Shown in pieces: positions 9,501 through 17,529 of a stretch of 64,000 bases of DNA; the stretch's first letter is position 1, and the number at the start of each line of letters is the position of its first letter. This DNA comes from an uncultured Francisella sp. (lineage in GTDB: Bacteria; Pseudomonadota; Gammaproteobacteria; Thiomicrospirales; Thiomicrospiraceae). Made by a program: the position numbers and the translations under genes. Below the pieces are notes generated by a model. The model worked only from the letters and a program-made list of their open reading frames with translations. It was not told where the DNA came from and did not search any database. The stretch is from contig CAZBQD010000002.1 in the NCBI GenBank assembly GCA_964493995.1, positions 20,901 through 84,900 of the forward strand, written 5' to 3'.

Positions 9501-9787
9501 CATCAACCAAACGTCATGTACAGGCTTACTATGGCTTGTTTTTGAAGCATTACGAAGCGGGTTTACCGATTAGTGAAGAGAGCTGTTTTGACTATGCCAT
9601 TAAAATTGATGAAGTGGTACGAAAGTCGGTCGCTGAGTATTCCATCAATCCACAGGAAATTGAAAACCAAATTACCATTGGTCTGTTACCCCTATTGTTC
9701 CAAGACTTGGGTATCGAAAAGGCACAGGCGATCATTCACGATGTGATCAAAATTACCCGTTTAGGATTGGCGGGATACAGGGCATAA
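6518..9787 (+). CDS. hsdR: Type I restriction enzyme endonuclease/translocase subunit HsdR
   Basis: 1089 aa. Contains a PD-(D/E)xK-like nuclease motif PDIVCFVNGLPWVVIEAKRP, helicase motif I HTTGSGKSFT, and motif II VLVDEGHRSQ. Confidence 0.92.
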   Translation: MTQPIAQFHEEVSAKLPALTLLTNLGYQFISPQQALEMRESLSSVVLVDVLREVLQQKSIDFQGKRYPLSDAAIYNIIHQLSHPAMNEGLRIANEKLYDTLTYGVNITEFIEGKKVHATIQLIDWDAPSNNRFHFTEEFEVLNTHGIGKRIPDIVCFVNGLPWVVIEAKRPDASHTGKPTVEEGISQNIRNQKVDEIPHLFAYAQLLLAVNGHEGLYGTCGTPAKFWAKWKEEHISEADFSSLKNQRLTSAQLETIFAHRTTKQKQDYLSLLAGGELLVTDQDRLIVALLTPERLLETTRLFTLFDKKSGKIVARYQQVFGIKALVERISTFDDKGARNGGVIWHTTGSGKSFTMVFLAKALIWLEALAKCRVVVVTDRVDLEDQLARTFASGGALSDKDKKDAMATTGKRLAEQIGKGNERIIFSIINKFGTAVGLPECYNDSPDIIVLVDEGHRSQNGENNIRMQQALPKAAFVAFTGTPLLKDDKTENKFGQILHSYTMQQAVADGTVTPLLYEERIPELNTNDAAIDAWFDRISSPLSDKQKSDLKKKFAQKGQVYQAEGRIELIAYDISDHFLNFKALGLKGQLACDSKASAIRYKQLLDKIGKVTSVVAMSPPDTREGHDDIDTESSDLVQNWWKSNVGSQDEKAYTKNIIAAFAKEDGPDLMIVVDKLLTGFDEPKNTVLYIDKPLKQHNLIQAIARVNRLHAQKQFGYLIDYRGILKELDTTIADYQDLAKRTQGGFDIDDLKGLYQQMETEYKKLPRLYSELWAVFADVRNKQDGAALRAHLAPKMDNIDGQVVDTNLKKRDDFYEALTSFTNVLKVALQSASYFDDKSFDSKRQVYKDTLKMMVQLRQQVRQDAEETVDYDQYANDIKALLDKHIGGLRVLEAEGVYLVGDMGIKVQPDTMTDEEARNKKDVITGRVTRMIEQDLADDPYAQAHFSKMLKDAIEQAKAMFDAPVKQYMLFADFEQKVKDRNVEGVPQDKLAKIDPSTKRHVQAYYGLFLKHYEAGLPISEESCFDYAIKIDEVVRKSVAEYSINPQEIENQITIGLLPLLFQDLGIEKAQAIIHDVIKITRLGLAGYRA

Positions 9788-10533
9788 TGCAACAGCAATG
9801 TGAGTTATTCAGCTTCGTCTATGGTGAAGAAGCGATTCCGTATCGGGTGCTATGGTTGCCCGATCAGGCGGCTGAAAAGGTGAAGATTAAAGTCTACCCT
9901 AATGCAGAGGTGCTGGTTAATGCACCAGCACAAACCTCACCAGAACAGATTCATCAAGCTGTGATGAAACGTGCTCGGTGGATATGGCAGTCTGTCAGCA
10001 ACTTTCAGCAAAGCCGTGCTGATGTCACAGAAAAACATTATCAAAGTGGCGACATGATGTTTTACCTTGGTCGCCGCTATGTGCTCAAAGTGATGCAAAC
10101 TGATGACAAACCTAGGGTAAAATTGAACCAAGGACAGTTGCAAGTATACTTACCAGATAGCGAGCAACAGCGTCAACAGCAAGTAGAGCGTTTGGTCAAC
10201 CGATGGTATCGCCAGCAAGCCGAGCGTGTTTTTCGTGAACGTATTGAAGCGTTACTGTCACAAACTGATTGGGTAACAGAAGTGCCACCATTCAAGATCA
10301 TTTCTATGCAGAAACAATGGGGCAGTTGTTCTATTAAAGGTTGTTTAATGCTCAATCCGCATTTAATTAAAGCCGCTAAACCCTGTATCGATTATGTGAT
10401 TTTGCACGAACTATGTCACCTAGCCGAACACAATCATTCTGAGCGTTTCTGGAAGCTCCTAACCTTGGTTATGCCCAATTGGAAAGCACACAAGGCTAGG
10501 CTCGATGGGATGGCAGAGTTGTATCTTAAATAA
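9787..10533 (+). CDS. YgjP/DUF45-like (M48/WLM-type) zinc metallopeptidase
   Basis: HExxH motif in ILHELCHLAEHNHSERFW. The start overlaps the hsdR stop as TAATG (9785-9789). Confidence 0.8.
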   Translation: MQQQCELFSFVYGEEAIPYRVLWLPDQAAEKVKIKVYPNAEVLVNAPAQTSPEQIHQAVMKRARWIWQSVSNFQQSRADVTEKHYQSGDMMFYLGRRYVLKVMQTDDKPRVKLNQGQLQVYLPDSEQQRQQQVERLVNRWYRQQAERVFRERIEALLSQTDWVTEVPPFKIISMQKQWGSCSIKGCLMLNPHLIKAAKPCIDYVILHELCHLAEHNHSERFWKLLTLVMPNWKAHKARLDGMAELYLK

Positions 10534-10553
10534 TAACGCTGCAAAAATTTCAA

Positions 10554-11828
10554 TTAACGCGGATAGCGTTCTCCCTCTTGTGGCAATCGGTATTGATAAG
10601 GTTTGTTCGCTGATTCCGTAACGCTTTGCTTCACTTGACTCATTTGTTCTTTCAAACTCTGTTGCAATAGGCGTAATTCAGCCATTTCCTGACGCAAGCG
10701 CGTTAATTGATCCATAATCGGTTTGGTATCGACAACAGCCGTTACATTGGGGGTTGTTTTGCCTGTTTCAGCAGCGGGAGTAGGGAGTTTGGCCAAACGT
10801 GCTGCCAGTTTTTCATCCATTTGAGAAGCGACTTGTTGCCATTGCTGGTTTTGTGCTTGCGCTTGCGCAATGGCGTTTTGTTCCATTTGCTGCAACTGCT
10901 GACTCAACTGATCGACTTGCGTGAGCAATTGTTGCCAGGCTTCTGCAGAAGGGGCGGTCACTTTTGCCACAGTGGCATTATTGTTTTGCTGTACCGGCTC
11001 TGCTGGTGTAACGGCCGTCGTTGGTGCCAGAATTGGGCTGGGTGCGGGTGCCGCGTTAGGCGTCATAACCGGTGCTGAGGCGACGGTGTGATTGGCATCC
11101 GCCATCAGCGTAGGTTCAGTTGCGTTGTTTGCTTGAGTTGGCGTATCTTCTACCACTGACGCAACCACACCATCTTGTGGCGATTCGCTAGATGCAGTGG
11201 AAGGCGTCATGTCGATTTTGTTGAGCTTCATCTGCTCAATACTGGCTTGCATCTGCTCAATGGTACTGGCCAATTCATCCAGTTTGAGGGTCAGGGTTTT
11301 GCTGACAATCGTTTGATGTTCATCGACATTTTCTAAAATGGCGTTCGACATACTGACGAAGCTGGCACGACTTTGTAGCATCACGCCAATGGTCGTACCA
11401 AAGCCCGCAACCGCAATTAAGCCACTAATAAGCGTGAGAATAATGATGTTCTTCTTCGTCGCACTGACTTCTTGTACCGCTTGACGGGTGGCATGGCGCC
11501 AACCACTGGCGGCATCACTCAACTCTTTGATGCTTTCTTGTTGTTCTTTAGCCAGTTCAATATTTTTTCGCGTCGCTTCTTGTGACAGTTGCGTACCTTC
11601 GTGTAAGGCACGACTGGCTGCTTCAATGACATCTGCCCAGGTTTGCGAAGCTCGATGCGCCTCATCATGAGAAGGCTCAGGCTGCACCGCAGCGTGAACC
11701 ACCTTGGCTGAAGACAGCTCTTCCTGCGATGGCGCTTGCGACCCTTTCGCTAGGGGGGCAGATGCGAGATTCGTTTTAGGATTATCTAACAGATTATCTA
11801 AATCGTCTAAATAATTATGTGTGGACAA
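10554..11828 (-). CDS. Hypothetical membrane-anchored coiled-coil protein with an A/P/T/Q-rich low-complexity region
   Basis: 424-aa ORF with a single hydrophobic segment IIILTLISGLIAVAGFGTTIGVML. Heptad-like, Q-rich stretches flank it. I recognise no family motif. Confidence 0.5.
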   Translation of the reverse strand: MSTHNYLDDLDNLLDNPKTNLASAPLAKGSQAPSQEELSSAKVVHAAVQPEPSHDEAHRASQTWADVIEAASRALHEGTQLSQEATRKNIELAKEQQESIKELSDAASGWRHATRQAVQEVSATKKNIIILTLISGLIAVAGFGTTIGVMLQSRASFVSMSNAILENVDEHQTIVSKTLTLKLDELASTIEQMQASIEQMKLNKIDMTPSTASSESPQDGVVASVVEDTPTQANNATEPTLMADANHTVASAPVMTPNAAPAPSPILAPTTAVTPAEPVQQNNNATVAKVTAPSAEAWQQLLTQVDQLSQQLQQMEQNAIAQAQAQNQQWQQVASQMDEKLAARLAKLPTPAAETGKTTPNVTAVVDTKPIMDQLTRLRQEMAELRLLQQSLKEQMSQVKQSVTESANKPYQYRLPQEGERYPR

Positions 11829-11857
11829 GGGCGTACCCTCCTGTTTGGCGCGAGGCG

Positions 11858-12754
11858 TTAGAGACGAGACAATTCTTGACGAATTTTAGCGTTGCGCTGA
11901 CTGATGTCATCCGTTTTTTCGGCGACTTGTTGCGCTTTAATACGCCAATCGTCTTCTGTCCAGCCAAGCGTTTGCGGGGTTGCCAAGCTGGTACCCAAGG
12001 CGGCAGAAAGTTGCGCTAACTGTTTTTGTGGGCTGTTGGCTAGCTGTTCGGCCAGTTGTTGCTGTTGATTGGTTACTGTGTCTAGCAGCACATCTAATTG
12101 TGCCAGACTTTGTTGTGGACCCTTGTGTTCGCCTTCTTGGCGTAATTGCATCCAGTCTTGCAAGGCTTGAATGGCGTTCGCCACCACCGCTTGCAAATGT
12201 TCGGCAATCGGAGCTGTATCGCCAAGTGATGGTGTAATGGCATGATTCGCTGGAGTCTCACTCATCACTGGCTCTTCAACAATTTCTTCAGCCACTTCAT
12301 CAGTGATGGCTAGACCATCACATTCTTGACTATCGGCATCGCTCATATCATGGGTATCGGCTAAGTCTGCTGGTGGGAATTCTTCATCACTGGCTTGAGT
12401 GAATGTCGTTTCTAGGTCTTCATCAAAGCTCAGACCTGCCAGTTCATCCTGTTCTTCTAAGCTGTCTAAGCCTTCAAGCAGTTGCGTGGTCTCATCGTTA
12501 TCGGCCATTTCGAGCACTTCTGTGTCTGTTGTTTCGGCAAGCTCCATCGTCGATAAGGCTTCCAGTTCTTCATCGAATGTGGCCGAAGTTGGCGGTGTGT
12601 CACTGCTGCTTTCATCGAGCGTTAGGGTGTCGATCAGTTCCGTTTCATCGTGCGTTTCATCGGCAATGAGGACATCATCGACTTCGACGCCTTCAAACAT
12701 TTTTAACATTTCTTCTGTCGCTAAAGCGTCTTGATCTAGGTTTTCGTTCGACAT
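11858..12754 (-). CDS. Hypothetical highly acidic (D/E/T-rich) protein with a C-terminal coiled coil
   Basis: 298-aa ORF. The first ~160 aa are dominated by D/E/T/L. The C-terminus (QQQLAEQLANSPQKQLAQL...) looks helical. It lies directly upstream of 10554-11828 on the same strand. Confidence 0.5.
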   Translation of the reverse strand: MSNENLDQDALATEEMLKMFEGVEVDDVLIADETHDETELIDTLTLDESSSDTPPTSATFDEELEALSTMELAETTDTEVLEMADNDETTQLLEGLDSLEEQDELAGLSFDEDLETTFTQASDEEFPPADLADTHDMSDADSQECDGLAITDEVAEEIVEEPVMSETPANHAITPSLGDTAPIAEHLQAVVANAIQALQDWMQLRQEGEHKGPQQSLAQLDVLLDTVTNQQQQLAEQLANSPQKQLAQLSAALGTSLATPQTLGWTEDDWRIKAQQVAEKTDDISQRNAKIRQELSRL

Positions 12755-12769
12755 GGTATCACTCCTAAG

Positions 12770-13666
12770 CTACTCCGATTTATCGGCAGGCTTGACAATA
12801 AATAGTGCTAATCCCAGTAAAATTAAGCTCGCACCCAATAATAGGGCTGGCGTAATCGGTTCTTCATTAAGCAAGGCTCCCCACACTAGCGCCAAACTGG
12901 GCGCTAATAGGGTGATGAAGCTGCTCATGGTGGCCGAAAATACGGCTAACACCTGGTAGTAAAGCAAAAACCCTGCCAAAGATCCGATAATGGCCAAATA
13001 AACAATCGATGCCTGTACACTAACGCTAAGATCATCGGGCCAGGTTGCGCCATTGATGAGCCAAAAAAGCAAGCTAATGGGAATGGCGACCAGTAACCCC
13101 CCCATAACGGTATCCACTGGGGCAAGTTTGTGACTGATGCGTTTAACCCAGCTGGCACTTAAGGCATGGAAAAAAGTCGAAGCCAACATGGCGATGAGAC
13201 CCCATGTCATGTGCTCGGAGAGATGATGATCGGGATCGTGAAAGATAAACCACAAGCCAAGGGTGGCCAGTAAAATGCCCAACCAGTGAATGGCTGTCAG
13301 TCGTAAACTTCGAAAAAACAAGCCTTCTAACAGCGCTGTAAACAAAGGCGTTAAACCAAAAATGAGTGCAATCCAACTTGAAGGTAGGGTTTGAGCGGCA
13401 TAGTAAACCAAAGACATATACAAGCCGATGCCAACCGCCCCAACGGCTAGGTGGGTCGGTAATGCCGCCCGATAAAAAGGAAGTGGACGACCTTGATAAG
13501 CAAACCAGAGACCCAATAATAAGGCTGATAGGCTCATGCGTAAGGCGAGATTGAGATAGGGGTCGATGCCCGTACTGCTAAAAACAATGGCCAGTGGTGT
13601 GGTAGACCAAATAAACACAACTCCGGCATAAACAGCCCAGTTACCCAGGCTGATGGCGGCTAGCAT
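12770..13666 (-). CDS. EamA/DMT family transporter
   Basis: 298 aa with about 10 hydrophobic helices arranged as two similar halves, as expected for the drug/metabolite transporter fold. Confidence 0.8.
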   Translation of the reverse strand: MLAAISLGNWAVYAGVVFIWSTTPLAIVFSSTGIDPYLNLALRMSLSALLLGLWFAYQGRPLPFYRAALPTHLAVGAVGIGLYMSLVYYAAQTLPSSWIALIFGLTPLFTALLEGLFFRSLRLTAIHWLGILLATLGLWFIFHDPDHHLSEHMTWGLIAMLASTFFHALSASWVKRISHKLAPVDTVMGGLLVAIPISLLFWLINGATWPDDLSVSVQASIVYLAIIGSLAGFLLYYQVLAVFSATMSSFITLLAPSLALVWGALLNEEPITPALLLGASLILLGLALFIVKPADKSE

Positions 13667-14149
13667 TTAGTCGGCTCGAACAAACAGGGCGCGTTGCTTG
13701 TCTTTCACAACCTGTCCCGCTGGAAAGCACTCAGCTTGCATGGCAATAAAGACGCCTGGTGATAAGTGTTGCGCACAGGCAATGGCGTAGGCTAAATTAA
13801 AGCTGGCATCGCTGTGGCCAAAAGCATAGGGACGCATAGCGCCTGTTAGCACAATGGTTTTATTCAACTCGGCTTGTTGTAAGAAGTGCGCCGTTTCCGT
13901 CATGGTGTCGGTGCCATGTACAATGACAATTTCGGTTTCAACCGCTGCACGACAGGCTTCGAGCAGTTGCATGCGGTCGGCGAGGGTAAGCTCTAAACTG
14001 TCTTTTTTTAACAGCGACACAAAGCGATGTGGCAGGGTCATTCTCGCTTCCTGCAACAGCTTAGGAATACAAGATTGCGCAAAGATGAGTGAACCGTCAC
14101 TCAGCTCATAATCTTTATCGAAAGTGCCACCTGTACCAATAATTAACAT
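13667..14149 (-). CDS. Asparaginase N-terminal-domain-only protein
   Basis: Contains the motifs IIGTGGTFDK and VIVHGTDTMTETA, which carry the asparaginase catalytic threonines. I chose the ATG at 14149 (MLIIGTGG) because the longer ORF would overlap yciI. The protein is only ~160 aa. Confidence 0.6.
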   Translation of the reverse strand: MLIIGTGGTFDKDYELSDGSLIFAQSCIPKLLQEARMTLPHRFVSLLKKDSLELTLADRMQLLEACRAAVETEIVIVHGTDTMTETAHFLQQAELNKTIVLTGAMRPYAFGHSDASFNLAYAIACAQHLSPGVFIAMQAECFPAGQVVKDKQRALFVRAD

Positions 14150-14162
14150 AAGTGTGTTAGCC

Positions 14163-14459
14163 TCAGAACACTTGTTTGAACGGCTTAATATCCACCGACG
14201 CGTAAACACCCGCCGCAACATAAGGGTCGGCAGCAGCCCAGCTTTGTGCGCTTTGTATATCGGCAAATTCGGCGACGATTAAGCTGCCGGTAAAGCCAGC
14301 TACCGAGGGGTCGTCATTGTCAACGGCAGGAAAAGGGCCAGCTAGGATCAAGCGTCCTTCGTCACGCAGTTGTTGTAAACGCGCCAAGTGGGCTGGTCTG
14401 GCTTGTTGGCGTAAGCTCAGCGAGTTTTCAATATCGGTTGCCATAATTGCGTATAACAT
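14163..14459 (-). CDS. yciI: YciI family protein
   Basis: 98 aa. The N-terminus [28 protein letters not shown]...GRLILAGPF is typical of YciI. It is adjacent to yciB, as in other gammaproteobacteria. Confidence 0.75.
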   Translation of the reverse strand: MLYAIMATDIENSLSLRQQARPAHLARLQQLRDEGRLILAGPFPAVDNDDPSVAGFTGSLIVAEFADIQSAQSWAAADPYVAAGVYASVDIKPFKQVF

Positions 14460-15035
14460 TTAGTGTTTCTCCTCATGAGTGTCTGATTCAAGGGTTTCTG
14501 GCACATATTGCTGATGAATCTTCATTAAATATAAAGACTGAGCAATAATAAAAACAAAAGTCAGCGCCAGTAAACCAAATAGTTTGAAATTGACCCAAGT
14601 GTCCGTGTCGAAGGTGTAGGCTACCCATAAATTAATGATGCCGACACTGATGAAAAACAACGCCCATACCCAGCTCATGCGTTGCCAAACGCTGAGAGGA
14701 AGATGTTCGAATGCGCCTTCCATCATGCGTTGCAATAAAGGCTTGCTGCCCACATATAAGCTACCAATAAAGACAGCGGCAAAGAGCCAGTTAACCACGG
14801 TGGGTTTCCATTTAATGAAGTTGTCATCTTGCAATATTAAGGTCGCTGCGCCGAGCAAGACAATCAAGCCGGTGCTCGCCAGTAGCATGCCGGGAATGCG
14901 TTTTTCCGTTAGGTACACATAGCCTGCTTGCACGACCGAAGCCACAATCACCACCGCCGTCGCCACGTAGATGTCGTAAAATTTGTAGGCAATAAAAAAG
15001 AGTAGAATGGGAATAAAGTCGATAAAAGCTTTCAC
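14460..15035 (-). CDS. yciB: Intracellular septation protein A / inner-membrane protein YciB
   Basis: The N-terminus MKAFIDFIPILLFFIAYKFYDIYVATAV and five hydrophobic helices match YciB. The start codon is GTG. Confidence 0.85.
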   Translation of the reverse strand: MKAFIDFIPILLFFIAYKFYDIYVATAVVIVASVVQAGYVYLTEKRIPGMLLASTGLIVLLGAATLILQDDNFIKWKPTVVNWLFAAVFIGSLYVGSKPLLQRMMEGAFEHLPLSVWQRMSWVWALFFISVGIINLWVAYTFDTDTWVNFKLFGLLALTFVFIIAQSLYLMKIHQQYVPETLESDTHEEKH

Positions 15036-15163
15036 AGTTTGGTCCGATGTGATGAATCATTCAAAGGGGTCATTGTACGTCAGCAACGACCATGCATAAA
15101 GGCGTTTAATGCAAAATAGCACCACCAACCGACATTAAAGGCGCATTCACACCACAGCTGACA

Positions 15164-15775
15164 TCATTTGGCATTGGCTTTAAGTGTTTGCTCTGTCCAC
15201 GCCATCAATTCCTGAGCCATGGCTTGTTGTGCTTGGGAAAAGCTGGCTACAACCTGGGCTAAATCTGCTGAGCTGGCGCGCTGTTTGTGCGTAAACACCC
15301 GACTGGCTAGGATGCGTTTTTGGTTGGCATCAACTAAGCGTGCCACTAGCTGCAAATGTACCACCGGCACACCTTGTTCATATTCTGCTTGAAAAGCGCG
15401 CAAATCGCTGTCTAACTCCACCGATGCCATCAGTCGTTTGTCGTCACTACTCACATAATCGACCACATTGGCTTGGCGGAAGCTGTCTAACAGATGATTT
15501 CTCACCAACAAGGGCAGTGTTTCATTCCACTGAGCACCTTTGTAAAGACTGATTTGTTGCGCTTGCGTCATGACCAAGATACGCTGGCTGGCCAAGTAGC
15601 CCGAAGCATTGGGTTTGTTAATACGTAATGAAACGGGCAAGGGAGAGGGGTTTGCCGTGCCGCTGTTTGCCACACTCAGCGTGTAGGTGGTAATGGGTTC
15701 AGCTGTCGGCGTTAAACTACATGCCGACACAAACCCCAAACTGACGATCAGCATCGCTAGAAAAGATGATTTCAT
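15164..15775 (-). CDS. ABC-transport auxiliary lipoprotein (PqiC/YmbA-like)
   Basis: Lipoprotein signal MKSSFLAMLIVSLGFVSAC. It is the last gene of an MlaE-MlaF-MCE operon and overlaps the upstream gene by 4 nt. Confidence 0.65.
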   Translation of the reverse strand: MKSSFLAMLIVSLGFVSACSLTPTAEPITTYTLSVANSGTANPSPLPVSLRINKPNASGYLASQRILVMTQAQQISLYKGAQWNETLPLLVRNHLLDSFRQANVVDYVSSDDKRLMASVELDSDLRAFQAEYEQGVPVVHLQLVARLVDANQKRILASRVFTHKQRASSADLAQVVASFSQAQQAMAQELMAWTEQTLKANAK

Positions 15776-16731
15776 GGTTGAAACTCCTGTGCTGTGCCGC
15801 TATTGAATAGGTAAGTCGAAGGGGTTTGTTCAAGTTGCTGACTAATTTGGCGAACGGAAGCCAGCGTGTTTTTTAATTCGATGAGTGCTGGACCCAGCTC
15901 GGTCATGCCACTTAAGCTGGCATTGATATTATCTTGATTCTGATTAACAGTCTGATTGAGCTGAGTTAATGACGCTTCCGCCACGGCTAGACTTTGTTGT
16001 GCTTGCAACAGGGTGGCATGAGTTTGTGTCATCACCTGTTTACCTTCTTTAGCTAACAATTTATGGGATTGTTGCATTAATTGCGTTGCGGCGAGCAAGG
16101 TATTATTAGCTTGTTGACTGGCATGAGTCATATTTTTAACCAACTCGGTGAGCTGTGTTTCCTGTTTGCTAATCATGGCGGTTGATTGTTCAACATTGGC
16201 TAGGGTTTTTTGAATACTGCTGAGGTTTTCGGGTGACAACAGCTGACGCGTTTGCATGAGAATGGCGTTAACGGTGGTGAGCATATCTTCGCCATTGGCC
16301 AAAAGTTTGCTGATGGGGGAAGGTGAGGCGATGATGACGGGTACTTCGTCATCATCGTTTAATAAAATGCTATTCGCTTTGTGACCACTACTTAAGCGAA
16401 TCACGGATAACCCCGTAATGCCCGACGACATCAATTTGGCTTCGGTGTCACTGCGAATGGGGGCGGCATGGTCAACACGCACACGGGCAATGACTTTTTG
16501 CGCATCAGCTTCATCAAAGCGTAACGACACCACTTCACCAATACGAATACCATTAAATTCGACAATGCCGCCTTTGTTTAAGCCAGAAACGGCTTCGGCA
16601 AAGACGATGTCGTAAAGATCGTATTGTTTGTCGTGGCTGTTTTTGCTCAGCCACAGAGTAAAAGCAATCACCATCGCTAACACAATGAGGGTGAAAGCAC
16701 CGATTAACATATGATGGGCGCGCGTTTCCAT
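15772..16731 (-). CDS. MlaD/MCE family protein
   Basis: An N-terminal transmembrane anchor is followed by an MCE-like beta domain (GLNKGGIVEFNGIRIGEVVSLRFD) and a long helical C-terminus. Confidence 0.75.
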   Translation of the reverse strand: METRAHHMLIGAFTLIVLAMVIAFTLWLSKNSHDKQYDLYDIVFAEAVSGLNKGGIVEFNGIRIGEVVSLRFDEADAQKVIARVRVDHAAPIRSDTEAKLMSSGITGLSVIRLSSGHKANSILLNDDDEVPVIIASPSPISKLLANGEDMLTTVNAILMQTRQLLSPENLSSIQKTLANVEQSTAMISKQETQLTELVKNMTHASQQANNTLLAATQLMQQSHKLLAKEGKQVMTQTHATLLQAQQSLAVAEASLTQLNQTVNQNQDNINASLSGMTELGPALIELKNTLASVRQISQQLEQTPSTYLFNSGTAQEFQP

Positions 16732-17529
16732 TTAGGGGGTTACTCCAAATAAAGGATGCGATAGATTTTGGGCAGCCTGTGCCGCTCTGCCACGGGGGCC
16801 GTGAAAATAAGCTTGCACCCAGGGATCATCAAAGGCGGCGACCGTGGCTATGTCACTGTTAATGAGTACATGCTGCTGTGAAATGACGGCAACGCGATCG
16901 GAAATGGTGTAGATGGTGTCTAAGTCGTGCGTGACCATAAACACGGTTAGTCCTAACGCATTGCGAAGTGTCAAGATAAGCTGGTCAAAGTCGGCGGCAC
17001 TAATGGGATCTAATCCGGCTGTCGGTTCATCTAAAAATAAAATACTCGGATCTAACGCCAGTGCACGCGCTAAGGCGGCACGTTTAATCATGCCCCCCGA
17101 TAAATTGGCTGGAAATTTATGCGCCGCCTGTTGCGCTAATCCAACCAGCCCTAGCTTCATTAAGGCCACTTGATGTGCTTGTGGTCGTGTTAATCCTCTG
17201 TGTTCAATGAGGGGGAGCGCAATGTTTTCAGCCACAGTGAGTGAAGAAAATAGGGCGCCTTGTTGAAACAGTACACCGAATTGTTGTTCTAAAGCGCTAC
17301 GTTTGTGAGCGGGCAAGTGTTGAATATCTTGTCCTAAAATACGAATGTGACCATTTTTAGGTTTATTCAGACCAACAATGCTTCTGAGTAATACCGATTT
17401 GCCCGTGCCTGAGCCACCAACGACACTGAGAATTTCCCCTTTTTCTACATCAAGATCCAATCGGTGATGCACGACTTGAGTGCCGAATTGATTGTGTAGC
17501 TGACGCACTTCAATAATCGGTTTCACCAA
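16732..17529 (-). CDS. ABC transporter ATP-binding protein (MlaF-like)
   Basis: Walker A GGSGTGKS, ABC signature LSGGMIKR, and Walker B ILFLDEP. Confidence 0.9.
   Translation of the reverse strand: MVKPIIEVRQLHNQFGTQVVHHRLDLDVEKGEILSVVGGSGTGKSVLLRSIVGLNKPKNGHIRILGQDIQHLPAHKRSALEQQFGVLFQQGALFSSLTVAENIALPLIEHRGLTRPQAHQVALMKLGLVGLAQQAAHKFPANLSGGMIKRAALARALALDPSILFLDEPTAGLDPISAADFDQLILTLRNALGLTVFMVTHDLDTIYTISDRVAVISQQHVLINSDIATVAAFDDPWVQAYFHGPRGRAAQAAQNLSHPLFGVTP

Noticed and set aside
10534-10553. Looked for a terminator or island-boundary repeat between the convergent M48 peptidase and the coiled-coil gene
   Set aside because: The intergenic region is only 20 nt, with no stem-loop or repeat that I can see. 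The right boundary of the R-M locus cannot be defined more precisely from this window.
12399-12734. Two Ser-rich ORFs (111 and 88 aa) on the plus strand
   Set aside because: They are antisense to the hyper-acidic gene. Runs of GAx/GAA codons read on the opposite strand produce Ser/Leu-rich open frames. There is no RBS or independent support.
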